A stretch of DNA of 64,000 nucleotides from Bugula neritina (lineage: Eukaryota > Animalia > Bryozoa): assembly GCA_964035545.1 (NCBI GenBank), contig OZ037772.1, positions 11,716,818-11,780,817 of the forward strand. Reading direction: 5' to 3'. Made by a program: the position numbers and the translations under genes. Of the stretch, positions 1 to 15,200 are shown piece by piece. Position 1 is the stretch's first letter, and every line of letters begins with the position of its first letter. The notes under the pieces are model-generated. The model was given only the letters and a program-made list of their open reading frames with translations, was not told where the DNA came from and searched no databases.

Positions 1-114
1 TGTTAATTTTATTTACACAAATATACTTTAAACATCCCATGTTTTGAAATTTCAATATCGTTTAAATTACACGTTAAAAGAGTTAGGTTTATAATTTTTG
101 TTGTATAAAATTAG

Positions 115-849
115 CTAGAATACGGATGCACCGCAGAACTTGCAGGAGTAAGTGTCCTTCTTATCCCGTAGAGCCACTCCACTCTTATCACATGACACGC
201 ATGCCTTAGCAACGACAAAGTTGTTTTGTTCGATGGCTTTAGGGTCAGCGGCTGCCAGACAATCTAATTTACCAGACCAGTGCAGAGTCTCGCTCAAGAT
301 GTGTTTTCTCATATCTGGTGCTCTTTTACAGCTGTAACCACAGACCAGACATTTGTAGGAGTCACACAGTCTGCACTTGCCTGTGTACTGATTGACCTTG
401 AATAAGTCAGATGCTTTTCCTATGCATGGGTTATCACATGGGTGCAGAGCAATCTTGTCGTCGTGCATTGGAGTTAGCATTTGGAAGACGTTGGTGGGGC
501 AGTTGGTGTATTTAGAACAAACTGAGGCGTCGTCTAAAGTGTGTTTGGGGGTCTTTCCTAAATGCAATCCAATAGCCTGTGATGATTTGAACTCGTCTCC
601 GCAGACTAAACACTGGAACCTCTTACAGACGTTACACTTGCTACTCTTTGTGTTAATATACTTCCTTCCTATTTCTGCGCCGCATGAGCAACCAACTAAA
701 GGAAGTGCACCGTTCGGAGCAACAACCATTTCACTCTCCTTCTTGGTGGTTAATTCTGCGCTGTAGTTGTAAGCCAAGAGCTCATCCTATACAAAAAGAC
801 CATTGCACTGAAACAGAAGTCCTATATTTACCGACAAAATGGTCGGCAT
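115..849 (-). CDS. Cys/His-rich zinc-finger protein, 2 predicted exons (849-832, 786-115), ~229 aa
   Basis: The track ORF starts at TTG, but an in-frame acceptor (TTTTGTATAG|GAT) at 786 and an upstream ATG CCG ACC ATT TTG TCG|GTAAAT exon give a phase-0 45-bp intron. The protein has two CxxC + C2H2-like modules (QCLVCG..H..H, KCLVCG..H..H) and a C-terminal CxxC..CxxC. Confidence 0.65.
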
Positions 850-1928
850 TTGAACAAAGTAAATCTCAGACTTGTCAACTGAAAAACATCAAACAGTCAA
901 AGCTTCTCGATATTGCTTAAAAGCTATCAGAGTAAGTCCAAGCCATGAAGCCATGTGTCATTGGTTAGTTTATAAACTTTGCAAGCATGGCTGACAATTT
1001 GGATCTTTGCTGCCTTTAACGACAGCAGCTATGTCAGTATATTTATAGCAGATGTATAAATGTATAGTGAGCGTTCATCCCCCAACTGATAATATAATAT
1101 ATCTTTAGCTCTTATATGTTGAAATTGCCTAACCTAATAAATTGTTTTATTAATTACTGCATGTGTTTTTATTCATAATTTGTAAAAATGGATGGAATAC
1201 TGCTGTGAAGTACTTGGAGTAGCAAGTAAACAAGAACTATATCATGTATCAAAATAATTGAATGAGCCTTTGGTTGAACCTTACCCAGAAAATTTCTGAC
1301 ATGGTTACGCTTAAGTCTTCAAAGAAGTAGTACAGGTAGTTTACCACATCGTGGAGTCTTAGCGCATCAAAATGCTGAACTGTTTCTAGCACCAAATGCT
1401 GAGCTGTTTCAAAAAGCTAAAACAGCGCATTTGAAACACAAATGTATCTAATAATATGCGACACTTTTATTTGATTTAAATTTAGTTTTTACAAGAGAGT
1501 CAATTTACAAGTTAATTGCTGTAAGCATAAATTCATACATTTTAAATATCCCGAATTTCATTATCTCCACACGCAATGAATTCAGATACAGCCGTTGGCT
1601 GCAAGTTAGTAGCAGCACCAATAGTGATATACACATACTTTAAACTTTCAACTCTAAACTCAGCTTTGTGCTGCTTCTAGCGATATTTAACTGAAAAGTG
1701 TTTCACCCTATATAATCAACTAATAATAGTTAGCATAAAAACTTACAATAGCCATATCTGTCGAGGAGGGGGTCGTGCATGAGATTCCACTATAAAACTG
1801 TCGCACTGCAGGCAAGCTATTTAAAGCCTCCTCTAATTGCTTATTGGTGAGTTGAGCAGCATTTGCTATAAGGTCAACCACCTGGTTGTTGGCTGGAAAA
1901 TAGCATCAGTGTAAGGAGAGTTCATGTA

Positions 1929-2125
1929 GGGAGTAGCAGTGGTCTAGGGGTTAGTGCGTTTGCTTAGAGAATACGAAGTTATGGGTTCGAGTCCCCAACA
2001 AACGTCATTAGTGAGGAGCATCCAGTCATAATTGCTCCTGCTTCCCGTCTGAATAAGTCCTTAGCCCTATTTAACAAAAACCTTTTCCATCAGGGTTTGT
2101 CACGCAGGGATGACGACTATAAACT
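1929..2125 (+). mobile_element. tRNA-derived SINE, copy 1
   Basis: Pol III A-box-like TGGTCTAGGGG and B-box GGTTCGAGTCC, followed by a body (GAGCATCCAGTCATAATTGCT...AAAAACCTTTT) shared with two other copies in the window. Confidence 0.75.
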
Positions 2126-2245
2126 AGGGTGAGTATTTTTTAAGTGAGTTCACGTCTGCTATGCAGGTAAATGTTTGTTTTTTTTTAAAATATGTAGCAT
2201 TGTATAATGTGTTGGAGTGTATTAGATTACAGCCAGTGAACCGAG

Positions 2246-2345
2246 AATAGTTCTATAAGCAGCTCGGAGTGGGGGTGTCTGAGTGCAGAAGTTTGTGGGG
2301 CTTGAGTTTGAAGTTGGGGGTTAGTTGAACCCCCCAACTCTAAAC
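2246..2345. mobile_element. MITE-like fragment related to the palindromic element at ~45745-45890
   Basis: Terminus AATAGTTCTATAAGCAGCTCGGAGT resembles the reverse complement of the right end of the 45745 element; internal hairpin TTGGGGGTT..AACCCCCAA. Confidence 0.4.
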
Positions 2346-4295
2346 TATAACTATAGGGGCAGGTTGAGCTGAAACTATAGCTGCATAGAAAATAGTGAAT
2401 GCTAAGAACTTTGCGCATCATGCATGCTTCTAGGAAAAAATGTTTACAGGTTTTTATATAAATGAATGAATTAAAATTTAATCTTTAACTAATCATTTTT
2501 TGTGCTGATTCAACAGAACACAATTTTAAGTATTGCAGCTAAGAAAGAAGGTTTTAATTAAAAGTTTAATGACGTATATGTGGCAAGATCAATTTAAACT
2601 AAATTTTGAATATACTAGTTAATATTATATTGACTTGAAGTTTTTCAAATTACTTAAAACTCAAACATTCTTACAACCAAATGAAAGAGTTTATTGCAAT
2701 AATTAAAAATAAACCAGTACAACTACAGTATACCACGGCAACAAGTATATTAACTTACCTATATTTTTAACAGCCATTGCATAATCTTGATAAAAATGTG
2801 CCATCTGTACTTCATACGGTCCCAGTATCTCTACAATTTGCTCGAAAGTTATATGCGAGTTTGGGTTTTGCGTAGCTGTTTGATACACCCTGGCGGCAAG
2901 CAACAAAAATTAAATACTAATCATTAATTACTAAATACCAAGTACTAAACACTAAACACTAAACACTAACATTTTATAAATACTAAGCACTAAATGTACT
3001 AAGTGGTATAACTATTACCTACTAAATATTAAGTATGTAAACACTGAATACTTTATTACCAAATGCTTACTACCTACCTATAATAGTTTGTATAATTTTA
3101 TAAATTTTATGAATTTATAATTTACAACCTATTATAATAAACCTTTTTTATTCTAAACAAGATTCCAGCTACATTTTATTTTTGCATTTAAAAGTGAATT
3201 TCTGCATTTAGACTGACTGATAGCGTGATACTATAATAATCATAATAATATTATAGTATCTATACTTGCAGAGTTATGCTATGCAATGCCATGCAGGAAC
3301 TTACTTGGGCCAAACATATGACACAAATATCAGTTTACTAGTGACATTATCAGGGAGTGCTGGGCCAGCAGCCATTGCCATGATTTTTGTTACTATAATA
3401 TTATTTCAATACACAAAATATAATTTAACAAATTAAAAAATATAGTGAAATTCTTAGCCATGCATAGTTTAAATTATTTGAATTCATAGCTTTAGGCCAT
3501 CAGTAAGATAGTTTGACATGGAAATTTTACTACAAATTGGTAACTACAATTAAACTTAAATAACTTCCATGTTTACACCCACTTTATGTATTTATAGAGC
3601 TAGTTACTAATTTTTATATTTGACAAACTGTTTGAAATAAATGTAAAATCTAGCTATGAAATTAATATTGAGCAGTAAATCAACAAACTGCAAAACTATG
3701 TTTTAGCAGTTATTGTTTCGACTTAACTACGTTTTCTTATCAAAATAGCCACATGTGGAGATAACTGTGCATATATATTTTAATCAAGAGATAAGAATTA
3801 ATAATATTTGTATTATTTGCATGCATGAAATAAATAGACATGTAACATTATTAAATAATTGTTTGCATTTGTTTATCTTTTCTTTCAAATTTCTGGATAA
3901 ATTGAATATGACTGATTTTGCTTTACACCTCTACATAAAATTTACATTGTTAGGCTCTTTAATTATATAATCATGTGACAGAAGCTGTGATCCTAGGTGG
4001 CCATAGAGAGAGCTATGCACCAGCATGCACTTGTAGGTCACTGTAGTTTGGGTTTTATAATATAGCATTAAGTGTGTTGTTAGCTAGGATGGGCATCTAC
4101 TAATAATTCATGAGGGTGGGGAAACAGAATTCAATCTCCCCACCCTTACCGTGAATTAAAAACTCTCTTACTGACAATGACTTGGAACCTGTAAGCAGGG
4201 TGAGAATACAAAGCTCTAATAATGTTGGACAGAATTATGGAGATATTTCCGACGATCTTACTTTGACCTAAAATACCTTAAGAAAAGCTCACACA

Positions 4296-4488
4296 AGTTT
4301 ATGGTAGATATCTCTGTGAGAACCCCTAGTGGAAAGGGTTTTTGTTAAAGTGGGCTAAGGATTGGGCACAGAAGCAATTATGACTGGATGCTCTTCTAAC
4401 ATCACCAAAGGCTTTTGTTGAGGTTCGAACCTATGATTTCAAGCTTACTATAGGGAAATGCTCTAACCCCGAGACCACAACTGCTTCC
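4296..4488 (-). mobile_element. tRNA-derived SINE, copy 2 (diverged)
   Basis: Reverse-complement match to copy 1: GCAATTATGACTGGATGCTC core, GGTTCGAACC B box, CTAACCCC..GACCAC head. Confidence 0.7.
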
Positions 4489-6280
4489 TCTAAAAGACCT
4501 CCAAACTAAATTTGAATTGAAGCACCAAAATGTGCATCTTATAAATGAATTCTGACATAATAGTAATATAACTTACCACCATGATATGCAATATATTATA
4601 TTATGCTTCTATAACAAATATATTAGTTATTATAACTTCATTGTATCTCAGATTCACCGCTATATTATTATTATATATTGTTTTATATCATTGTTATCAT
4701 AATTAGGATGATGTACTATCTGAATGCTGCTATACATGCAGGCTGTGCTAGGCTATCGTTAGCTTTACTCAGTACATTTGCTTTGTGTAGCTTTAGGAAT
4801 GAGATATCAATAACCAATAAGGTATAGATTATTGCTAATTCTACAATATAGTATGACAGATGTAAATTCTCACCCACCTATCTCTGCTTTGTCTTGTTCG
4901 GGTAGCGAAGTGGGGTGGCAGATGTAGATAATAAGAATTATTGCTAACCAATAGCCATTTCATTATAAAGGTTTATTTTGGGTCCATCAACTGATGGTAG
5001 TGTAAAACTTTATTATAACTATGAAGATTGATTAATATCATTACAAAAATTTACATTGAAAACTGATAGTCTGTAGCTATACATTATGGCTAACTTTTAA
5101 TTGCTGCAGCTGTTTATACATTACATGAAGTTGTCTTTACTAGACACATGTACTCAGGTTTCCCATACCATAGCTGAATGTCTTAAATGATGTAAAATAG
5201 TATTGCTTGGTTGCTCGTCACAAATTTCACAGCAGTTAGTCTTAGTACAAGATGCTTTACAGAAGAAGAATTCCATTCATGAACTCACATCAGTTAATTA
5301 TAGCAGCATGTTATAGAACTTTGTTGGCTTCACTGAGTGTGATAATTAGAATGAGTCACAAAGAACATGGAGTTACCCGCTCTTTTGTACTGACTGCAAA
5401 TGCCCTGCCAGAATACAACGGTTACTATTGTGATGGCCGGTTGCCATTTATTGAAACTTTTATAGCTGTTGACAAGTAAGTGGCAACTACAGTAATACTG
5501 ATAGTGTTGCAGTAGGTTACACCTTATTTAGCCCAAGCTATCATATTGAGTGGGGGAGCACAATTAGCTGAGGGCTGTTGCTAATGGCATAACGAAGTCT
5601 TATTTTAGCAGTTTTATTATATTTGAGCAGCAACTGAATTGTATACTGTAAAACAATAATTAATGGAGTATGAAGTTTGCAGTTGTATAAACATAAACAT
5701 TTATTGGGTTACATAAATAAATATAAAATCATATTCTAAATTTTAAAAACTCAACAGTCACATATAACGAATAGAGTACACAGGAGACGTAAGGCTAAGT
5801 GAATATAATAAATAGGTTTAGACCGAGCTCCACAATCCCAATATACATGCCTTTAGGGAGCTCAACGGTAACCTACTAGTACAGGCAGTTGAATGGAGTG
5901 CGACCCCCAAAACAAATTGAAACCTAATCTGAGAAAGACTCAAATAAATATTTCCTATTCAAAATAAAATAACACATAGCCTATAAATAAGCGAATATAT
6001 CAATTTTCTACCACAAACTTGACTCCGCCCAGTACAATCTGAACTACTGGCCAATTAAAATTGCCGATGTGAAAACTCAGCCAATCGCAGCGAGTATAAC
6101 ATATTTGCAGAGACTATGAAAGCGTTTGGGTGAGCTGACCAATCAGAATCAAGTGCTATTGCTGTACTTCCTGTGCCATGAAACAAATGCTCCACTTGTA
6201 GAGACAGTATCTGGTGTCAGCCAATCAGCAGTTAGGTAGCACCTTGTCAGTCATTGGCTGCAGTAACTCCGATAATACTG

Positions 6281-9200
6281 TTATTTTGGATATCTGCTAC
6301 GGGAGGCGAGTGCCCCCGCCCTTCCACCGGGAGCAGGAGCTGGGGCTTTAAACTGGGCAGGATTAAACATCATTGGAGGCTTTGCAGGCAGAGATGAGGC
6401 AGCGTCTGACTCAGTAGTCTGTGTAAATGAGAAAAGTGAGTTACAAACATAATCAGCGCGTGCTGATCCAAGAAAACAGTGATGAGGTTCTTACCTGCGC
6501 ACATTGTCTAGAAAATGATAGAACATAAAGAAGTGGACAAACATAATTTAGAAAAAAATCTTGCATTCAACAGAATTCAATTTTGTCTCTTCCACACCAA
6601 AGAATCACTAGCCACATAGAAGACACGCAAAGGGAATACACAAAGTGGACGTCACATTATACACTCATGTCTCTCTATAAGGGAGTATTATCTCACATCT
6701 TGTGGTGGTGCAGCTGAAGGTGGTGCTTGAGAGGTGGGTGCGGGTGGAGGTGCCGGCTGAGATGGCAGGCCGGGTTTCCCCATTATATTCTGTACTTCTA
6801 GAGAAGCCAGGGACACATTTCTGGGCATCTGTAAAGGGACAACCATTAGTTATAAGAAAGGCAGCCGGAGAAAGCAGCGCGAAGGCAGCTGAGACAGGGC
6901 ATTTGCTGAAATTCACAGAGCAAACAACACAGCAAGACTTAAATTGAGCATTCCACAGTCAAACGCTGAATACAATGATATAACCACATGCATAATACTG
7001 TGTATACTCTGTACAATAGCTAAAGTTGAGGTTCATATACTTGATGAGTAAATATATATACACATTCAAATATAGTAATTCCTAACAGCAACATGAAACA
7101 CCAGCCAGAGATACTGGTAGAAATGATTTAAATGGGATATAAAATACTACATGTTTATACTGTTATTATTATACAGAGATAATAGAAGACAACTTCAATT
7201 AACAAGGCAATACCTGGGAATCTAGTTGACTAGAATTTGGTTGGTTTGAATACTGGTAACTGTACTGCTGTGACTGTGGTGGCTGTTGCTGTAGTGGCTG
7301 TTGCTGTGGTGGCTGTTGCTGTGACTGTAGTGTCTGTTGTTGTGACTGTAGTGACTGTAGCGACTGTTGTTGCTGTGACTGTTGCTGTAACTGTTGTTGT
7401 GACTGTTGTTGTTGGCTGTAGTTGCCAGGAGTGTGGTTAGAGTCGGTCACACCGCCAGAGGGTGCCGGTTCAGTCTCGGTGTCAGTCACGGGAGACGGAG
7501 TGAAGATATGACTGGTGGGTGTAGAGCGTGGAGTCACGTCCAGCAGGTGCTGTGGGATGGGCGTGGCAGACGTGCCCGAACTCTTCCCTACACGAGACAG
7601 AGAGAAATTAGGTTACGTGTTGCAGACGACAGGATGTTGAAGTGAGCACGTGCAGCAGGAAACACTTACCCATCACATCCACGTACTTGGCCCGCCCACT
7701 TCTCTTCAGAGAGTAGGCGTTGGCAGAAGGCCCGGTCCCGGCAGCAGGTCCTTTGGAGTCTACTTGCTGTGAGGGAGAAGGTCGTCCCAAGGTCATGTCT
7801 GTAGGAGGCGGGGCGGCCTTGACCTCTTCTGTCCCGTCACTTTCAGTGTCAATCCACTTTTCTAGAGCAAACAGTGATAGGCGTCTCAAACACGGACTTG
7901 GATAAATTAACAGCAACAAAACACAAGACTACATATTTATCATGACATATCATTCTATTGTATTAATGCATTGCATCATTATATTATATTACTGTATTAT
8001 TATATCATATTATTGTATCATTATATTATATTATTGTATCATTATATTATATTATTGTATCATTATATTATATTATTATATTATATTATAGTATCATTAT
8101 ATTATATTATTATATCATATTATTGTATCATTATATTATATTACTGTATTATTATATTATATTATTGTATCATTATATTATATTATATCATATTAAATAT
8201 TATAAACTTACTCAGCTTGTCATCCCAGACTATTGTCTGCTTAGAATCATCTGGAAGTTTAATTTCATTCTTTGATTTCGGAAGGATTTTCGAGAAGAAA
8301 GATCCAATTCCAAAGTTGAACCCTCCGCCAGATTTCTGAAAGTAAAAGCATTAACTAAGCTGTTTACACAGAATCTAATGATGATCTCAAAGCACTACAC
8401 AACAAATTAACTCCTTGAATTTTTTACCTATTGGCAGGTAGTAGAAATGAAAATGATAGAGAGAAGACAACAAACATATCTCTAACGCTTGGCAAAATGG
8501 CAAACATAATATTCTGTATTATGAAATGACAATTTAATGGTGAATATCCCTGCCAGTATTCGCAACTATATTGGTCAAAAATTTAGCATGTCAATTCATT
8601 TGTTACTCAAGAATATCGGTGAAATTGAGGGCAACAGGGACGAGAAAAGATTGCGTATGGAGTAGAAATATTACAAGAGAAAAGCACTGCATATAGAGTA
8701 GAAATATTACAAGAGAAAAGCATTGCGTATGGAGTAGAAATATTACAAGTGCAGACGTACTGATTTAGCAGCCGTCTGCTGCGCTTTGCTGCCGTCTGCT
8801 ACTTTATCTTCTGTACCTTTGTCTGCCGTATCCTGTGGAGAGGTCTTTGGCTATAAAATTAACAAATAGAGATCATGGTAACCATTGTTTATCCTCAAAC
8901 AAATAAATCAAAGAATAGTATTTTGATGCGGCCAACAGCTAACAAATGTTTAGAGGAGGAGAATTCAATGACTATTTTCCCAATAGTAAATAGCAGACAA
9001 CTCCCAAATCATCTCACATTTGCGGCTAAGTTGTGATAAATATTTGTTATCAAAATGAAAGTTAGATTAAACAAATACATTACTAAGTTTGTACGCTAGT
9101 GCTCACTCTTACTTCAATAATATAATAAATAAAACCAGTACAGCAATACTAAAAGCAAACACAAAGTGGTGTGCTAATGGAAATCTACTAAACTAGTGGA

Positions 9201-12200
9201 ACTTCAAAAAGAAACACCTAAAGCCATGTGCATACAATACTACATCTAGTGATTCTAAACTAAAACTGGAAACAGAAATTGCTGAATAGAAGAGAAGTGA
9301 TACAGTGCAGGAAGTGGCTAGGAAATCATCACAGCTAAGTTACCATAGAGCGGGGGCTGGTTAACACCTCCCGATGTTGCTCACAAGAATTTAGTCTATC
9401 TAGCTCTCTTTTCTCTTTGATAAACTTCAAGACATAATTTACGCATAGAAGTTGATAAACTTTATTACGGGAGGAAAAAACAGCACTTAGACCTGAACTG
9501 AACTCTATAGATACAATTTGTCCACAAGGCTACAGGACTAATGACGGCAAACCACTATATTGATCAACCATTGCTTGCAATAATATGCAAGTAACAAGAT
9601 AATATATTAATTGCTATTATCAAGAATCAAGTTGAAGTTGTCTTTACATTTATGAATTAAAACTATTTTAATCCAACAAAACAGTTAATGAAACTAGAAA
9701 CTTTTAGTCAGAAGTTGTATTTCGTAAATAATCATAAAAACAAGCTTTGCACAAGATCAATTGTTACTAAGAAATAAAAAAAAAACAAACTTTTCCAAAA
9801 AAATATTGATATAATCCGTAGCACTTGAAACACATTTATATCATAAATAAATGTGTTCATTTAGTTTTTTCAAAGCCTAAGTTTCATGTTGCAGTATTTT
9901 AGTACTGTTATAAATGTTTGAGAAAACTCTTCTCAATCCCATCAGATTGCCCATCAGAGGTGCCTATAATGGCCACTGTTAGATCTTGCTTTGAAAAATT
10001 AACTGAACTTTTCAATTGTCAGCTAATAACTAGCAGCTGGTTACTGACAAGTTAACAAAAAAAATTTTCTAACCAACACACAGAACTTAAGCTTGACGCA
10101 GAATATTAGAATAAAGATTTCCCGTCACCAGCCATAAGCTGCCCTGAGGCTATGCTGTGGACACGTAGTAAGAGAGCCACCCATACCCCCCGCACACACC
10201 ATAAGAAAGAAGAGAGAGAAGGGCTACACAAAACCTACCTCGGCCAAGGATCTGTTTGTACCGGAGTTAGACAGACTTCTACTAGAAGGCGCTGCCTTCC
10301 CACCACCTTTAAACTGACTGCTGTCGGGGAAACTGGAAGACAGTCGTCTGCTGTTGAGGTCATGAGATGCGACCTCAGAGGAACCGTAAAACCCGCCACC
10401 ACTGCCGCTACTATAAGCACCCGCCGCACCACCAGAAGGCTGGGCGTGTGTATTGTTACTTGGAGGGTGAAAGGAGGGAGGACTGGACGTCTGCAAGATA
10501 GAGAGGCGTGACAGGACAGTAGCAACTCTATCACACTGTGCTCAGCGGAAGTTCTGTTAGCTACTAATCACCGGGATACAAGACAAGACACACAGACAGA
10601 CACACATACAGACACACAGACAGACACAAAACTCACCACAACCTCAGGCTTGTAGTCAAAATAGTCTGAGGGTTCTGCACCAGATGAGGGTTGAAAACTG
10701 GCCACCCCGTCTGTCTGATCTGAAATGACAGAACACAAGCTAAATAAATGACAAGGAGAGCTGAGCTAAACACTAGCCGCTCTGAGAGCTGCACTACAAG
10801 AGACAGGAAATGCAGACAAAGAGAGATGAGCTCTTACGGCGGTAGAATGGTGCCACAACTCCCACATTGTCTGCAACACTGTGAACTCTCATATACAAGT
10901 AGCAAAGGACTCTATACAGACAAGTTTCCAACAGAGGGAGCTGCAACAGACTGAGAACAGTAACTCACCTGAAGGTAGTGTGGTAGGGGGAGGTGCCGAG
11001 TACCCCAACTGCTGTGGTGCTGGTGGCTGCTGAGTGGAGTGAAGCAGTTGAAGCTGTGCAGGCCACTGGGCAGAAGACTGAGGGGGTGGATGAGTAGAAG
11101 AGCTGTTGTAGGGGTTAGTATCTAGGGGTGGATATGCAGGCTGTGTGCTGTACCCCTGACTGTCTGCGTGTGACGTTGGAGCTGGAAATAATATCGGAAT
11201 TGATACAACATATCTTGGAGTTGCCCTCTTTGGTTCAACAAATACTGTGTATTACAGGATAAGATAACTACAATGTCTACTGAGAAGTGCATGCTGCAGG
11301 TTTGACAGACAGATATGAACACCTTTAGAGTGAGTATTACCACCTCCACGGACTGACTAGACAAGTAGAAAGTCATGACTGGTAGACACCAGGTTATGGC
11401 CATACGGTTCAGCACGGCCTCACACTGTGTATACAGTACTAGCGCATGGCAGCACAGCACAGTACATAACTCTCACCTTGCCAAGAACTCTGTGCTGTCG
11501 AGTCCTGAGCTCCATTAACCTGAGCTCCATACTCAGTTCCATAGCTAGCCTGAGCTCCATACTCAGTCTGAAGAGTGTCGGGAGGGAGACTGGAGAGCTG
11601 GTAGTGTGCTAGATCGGGCACCGTAGAGTCCACAGGATCTTCCTCTGCTGGCTGTTCTTGGGAAAGGGTGGGTGGTGCACCCCCCGCACTCACTGCTTCA
11701 GAGGAACTAGTCTGACTCTACGCAGAGTAACAATACAGAAGATAAATACAGAGAGTCAAGTGAAGTATGGGAATATATCAAACCTACACGCTAGAGAGCA
11801 CAACTCCTAACAAAGGATTTCATAGGCTATTACATCACACAGGCTGACCAGCGAAAAATATTAGCAGGCATCACATGGAAAGGAGCATCTGTAAAATTCC
11901 AAAAGAGTAAAAAATCAACCAGACAATGAATTCAAAAACTACGCTAGCAAATCATTTACAACACTCCACCCTCGCATACAATGAAAATATTTGACTTCTG
12001 TACTCATGACCTTCTCGTGACCTCTAGCTAAACAACTCACGTGTTTGTGTTGGAGGCTGTCGGCTAACTTGGTGATCCACTCGACCTCTAAGCTCCTCCC
12101 CTCTCTGACGTACGCTGCCTCGGCATCAAAGTATTTCAGCCTCTCCGACAGCTACAAGTATGAGAACATCCTTCTAAACTAGTAACAACATTCTATACAC

Positions 12201-15200
12201 ATGTAATGGTTTCCACTGCTGATCAGAGCAGAAAGCATGGTTGCAAGTATAATTGAAGGGAAACAACTCCCAATAATTACGCTGAGGTTATTAAAGATGA
12301 TCTGAATAGATCAATTTGGCATCTGCTAGAACAATATTACTGGCAAAGGCAATGGATATACTTCTAGGGGTGGGTGGATCCTCAAGAATACTAGAATCGG
12401 CATGTAGGGGGTTCGAACCCCTCCTTGTTGCTAGGCAACTGAAGCCTGACTGCAAACACGGCTATCTGTACTCACATTGTAGAGCTGCGAGATGAATGCG
12501 GAGGGGAATAACTCCACGTGGTCAGAAACTTTAGAGGCAATAGCTTCGAGGTATGCGAGAGCCTCTGCGGGCTGCCCTCTATCTATCAGATTCCTAGCAT
12601 GATAAAACTACAAGAACACAGGCTATGATATAGGGACAACTCCTACTAGAGTCAGGTTGATATAAACAATGAAAAGAAAACTCCAAACACACAAGAATTT
12701 CATTAACGACTTTACGTCGACAATTAAACTCTGTGACATGAAGCATAGCTTAATGTAACACGCAAAAACTTTGCAAACAATAAAGGGAAATGCAAGTTTG
12801 AAATGGTGAGTTAAGAGAATTAACTTTCAAAATAGGAAGTTTTTTAAGAAATGCTACAAGTAAGATAATCTAGTATGTATTTGCTAAGACTTGTTAAAAT
12901 TTCAACCATCAAATTTAAAATTACGGTGAAACTAGTTCAACTTATTTTTGGTATTAGAGTGAAAAATGTAAATATTTACAATCAACAAACATGAAACCAC
13001 CACGTGAAGAGCTCGTGAATTCTTATACAATATTTTACACTAACTAAGCTCTACAAGCTTTCAATACTGGATATTATAGGTGATGTTCAAAGGGCAGGTA
13101 ACTCTCACATACCTTGCAGAGCTGTAGATGACAGATGATGGTGGTGTCACCAGCGAGCGCCTGGGCGTACTCGTACACCTCCGTTAGTTCAGTGACAGAG
13201 TCCTGCATGTACTCGTCTAAAGGCACCCTGCAAGTTAATAACATAACGTCTAGAAATATAATTATATACAAATATAATATATACAACTAAACTCTACATA
13301 CAATCACATTTTCGTATACCACTATCACTAGATTCTATAACTTGTTGACATTCTACACTCTATATAATTCACGATATTCTATACCATATATACACTCTAT
13401 ATACCTCACTATACTTTATAATGCTACACTCTATATAACTCACTATACTCTATATCATATATATAACGCTATATTCTATACCTCCACAGTTCACACCTAG
13501 CAAGTAGAGAGAAGACAACTCACCCACTCTGCAGACCCAGCATGGAGAGTTTAGCTGACTTCTTGGTGTACGGCTCCAGGGGCTGCTCGGCCATGAGGTA
13601 ACAGAACTGACTGGCGTGGAGCAACCCTTTCGCTGCCAGGGAGTCACCCAAAGCAGTGATGGACCTAAAGAGAGAACATGTGAAAACAGAACATGTGAGA
13701 GAGACTTGAGATATTGTAACCTGGCTGTGACATAACGTACTGATAAGGATGGAGGTGTGGCAAATACTAACCTGATGTTTAGCTGAGAGTCACTAGAGGG
13801 ATTGCATAGCATCATAGCGAGATGGGGACGCCACGTACCCCACCCGTCATCTGGATGCTGAAATCAGAGAGATACAAAGGATATAAAATGAGGGTATCGT
13901 GCTAGGCTAAAGCCATTCATGTAGCTGAATAATGTAATCACGCATACAGGAGACAATAGCCACAGTGACTGAGCCCTCTGTGATCGATGAGTGACCCAGT
14001 CTGAACCATCAGCTACCAAATTTGTCACACGGAATAATTCCAAGCAAAACACAAAACAGACAATATAACTTCTACCTCAGTACCAATAAAACAAGCCGTC
14101 AGGGAAGACTCGGCACTAGAATTGGACACTTACCGTCTCAGCACTAGAATTAGACACTTACCGTCTCAGCACTAGAATTAGACACTCACCGTCGCAGCAC
14201 TAGGCTGTCTGCTGCTCATTAGCTGGTACAACGTCTGCAGGGGGTCGTTAGGTGTCATGGAGGAGTTGGCAAAGCGAGTGAGCACCTGGGCGTGAGTTCG
14301 CGAGTCCATCTTACTGGAGAGGAAGAGGGCATGACCCCAGAGGTCACAGGACATGGCCCACACCAGAGCCTCCTTTGTGTCTCCTAAAAGTAAACAGAAA
14401 GTTGATGCAGGAAGATATAAGCAATGGAGAGATAAAGTACTAATATTAGAATCTAAAAGCACTGTCCCTATCTTTGAATAGGGGATGAATACCCTATAGC
14501 TTGCATGTTTGTTACTAAATTAAGAAGTACCAAGTCCTGCGATTCAACACGGTGCCATAATACTAGAACCACTGATTGCAAGCTTTTTGACTATACAACT
14601 TCTAGAAGGTGCTGCATGATTACAAACTAACGGTTTTTCTGCATGTAAAAGAAATACGTCATTACATACTATTTACTCAGTATTATAGCATATCCCACAA
14701 TGCACTGTCAACTGATCCGTCACTCACCGAACATGACCAGCTGTCTGAACCGGTCGACTGTTTCCTGTTGAGACATGTTAGCGTTGGGTTTAGCCTGAGT
14801 CTGCATAGTATAGAGGGAGCTGTCCACATCGTACCCATCTAGAAGCAACTCGGCAATGTCTGAGCCAATGTACGTCTGTAATAACACTAACACATGTGTA
14901 ACAACACTAACACATGTGTAACAACACTAACACAGCAATAAGCAGGGCAGAAAGAGTTCCACTTTGACTGAATATATTGCTAATCAGGTACCAGCCTAAA
15001 CTTCTGTATGACATTTTATTGTATTACTTAAACATGTTTTAGAGTAGAAATATAACTTCTTTGAATCCACACCAGCTTCTTGTTTCATTCACCCCGTTCT
15101 GTTTCACTCACCCCGTTCTGTTTGACAAGCATGTGTAGGAACTTCCAGAGCAGCTCGGTGGATGCCCGGTCTATGAGACTAGAGTCGGACCCGGCAGCAG

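Noticed and set aside
1929-2000. tRNA gene
   Set aside because: It has A/B boxes but no convincing cloverleaf, and continues into a body shared with two dispersed copies, so it is a SINE head.
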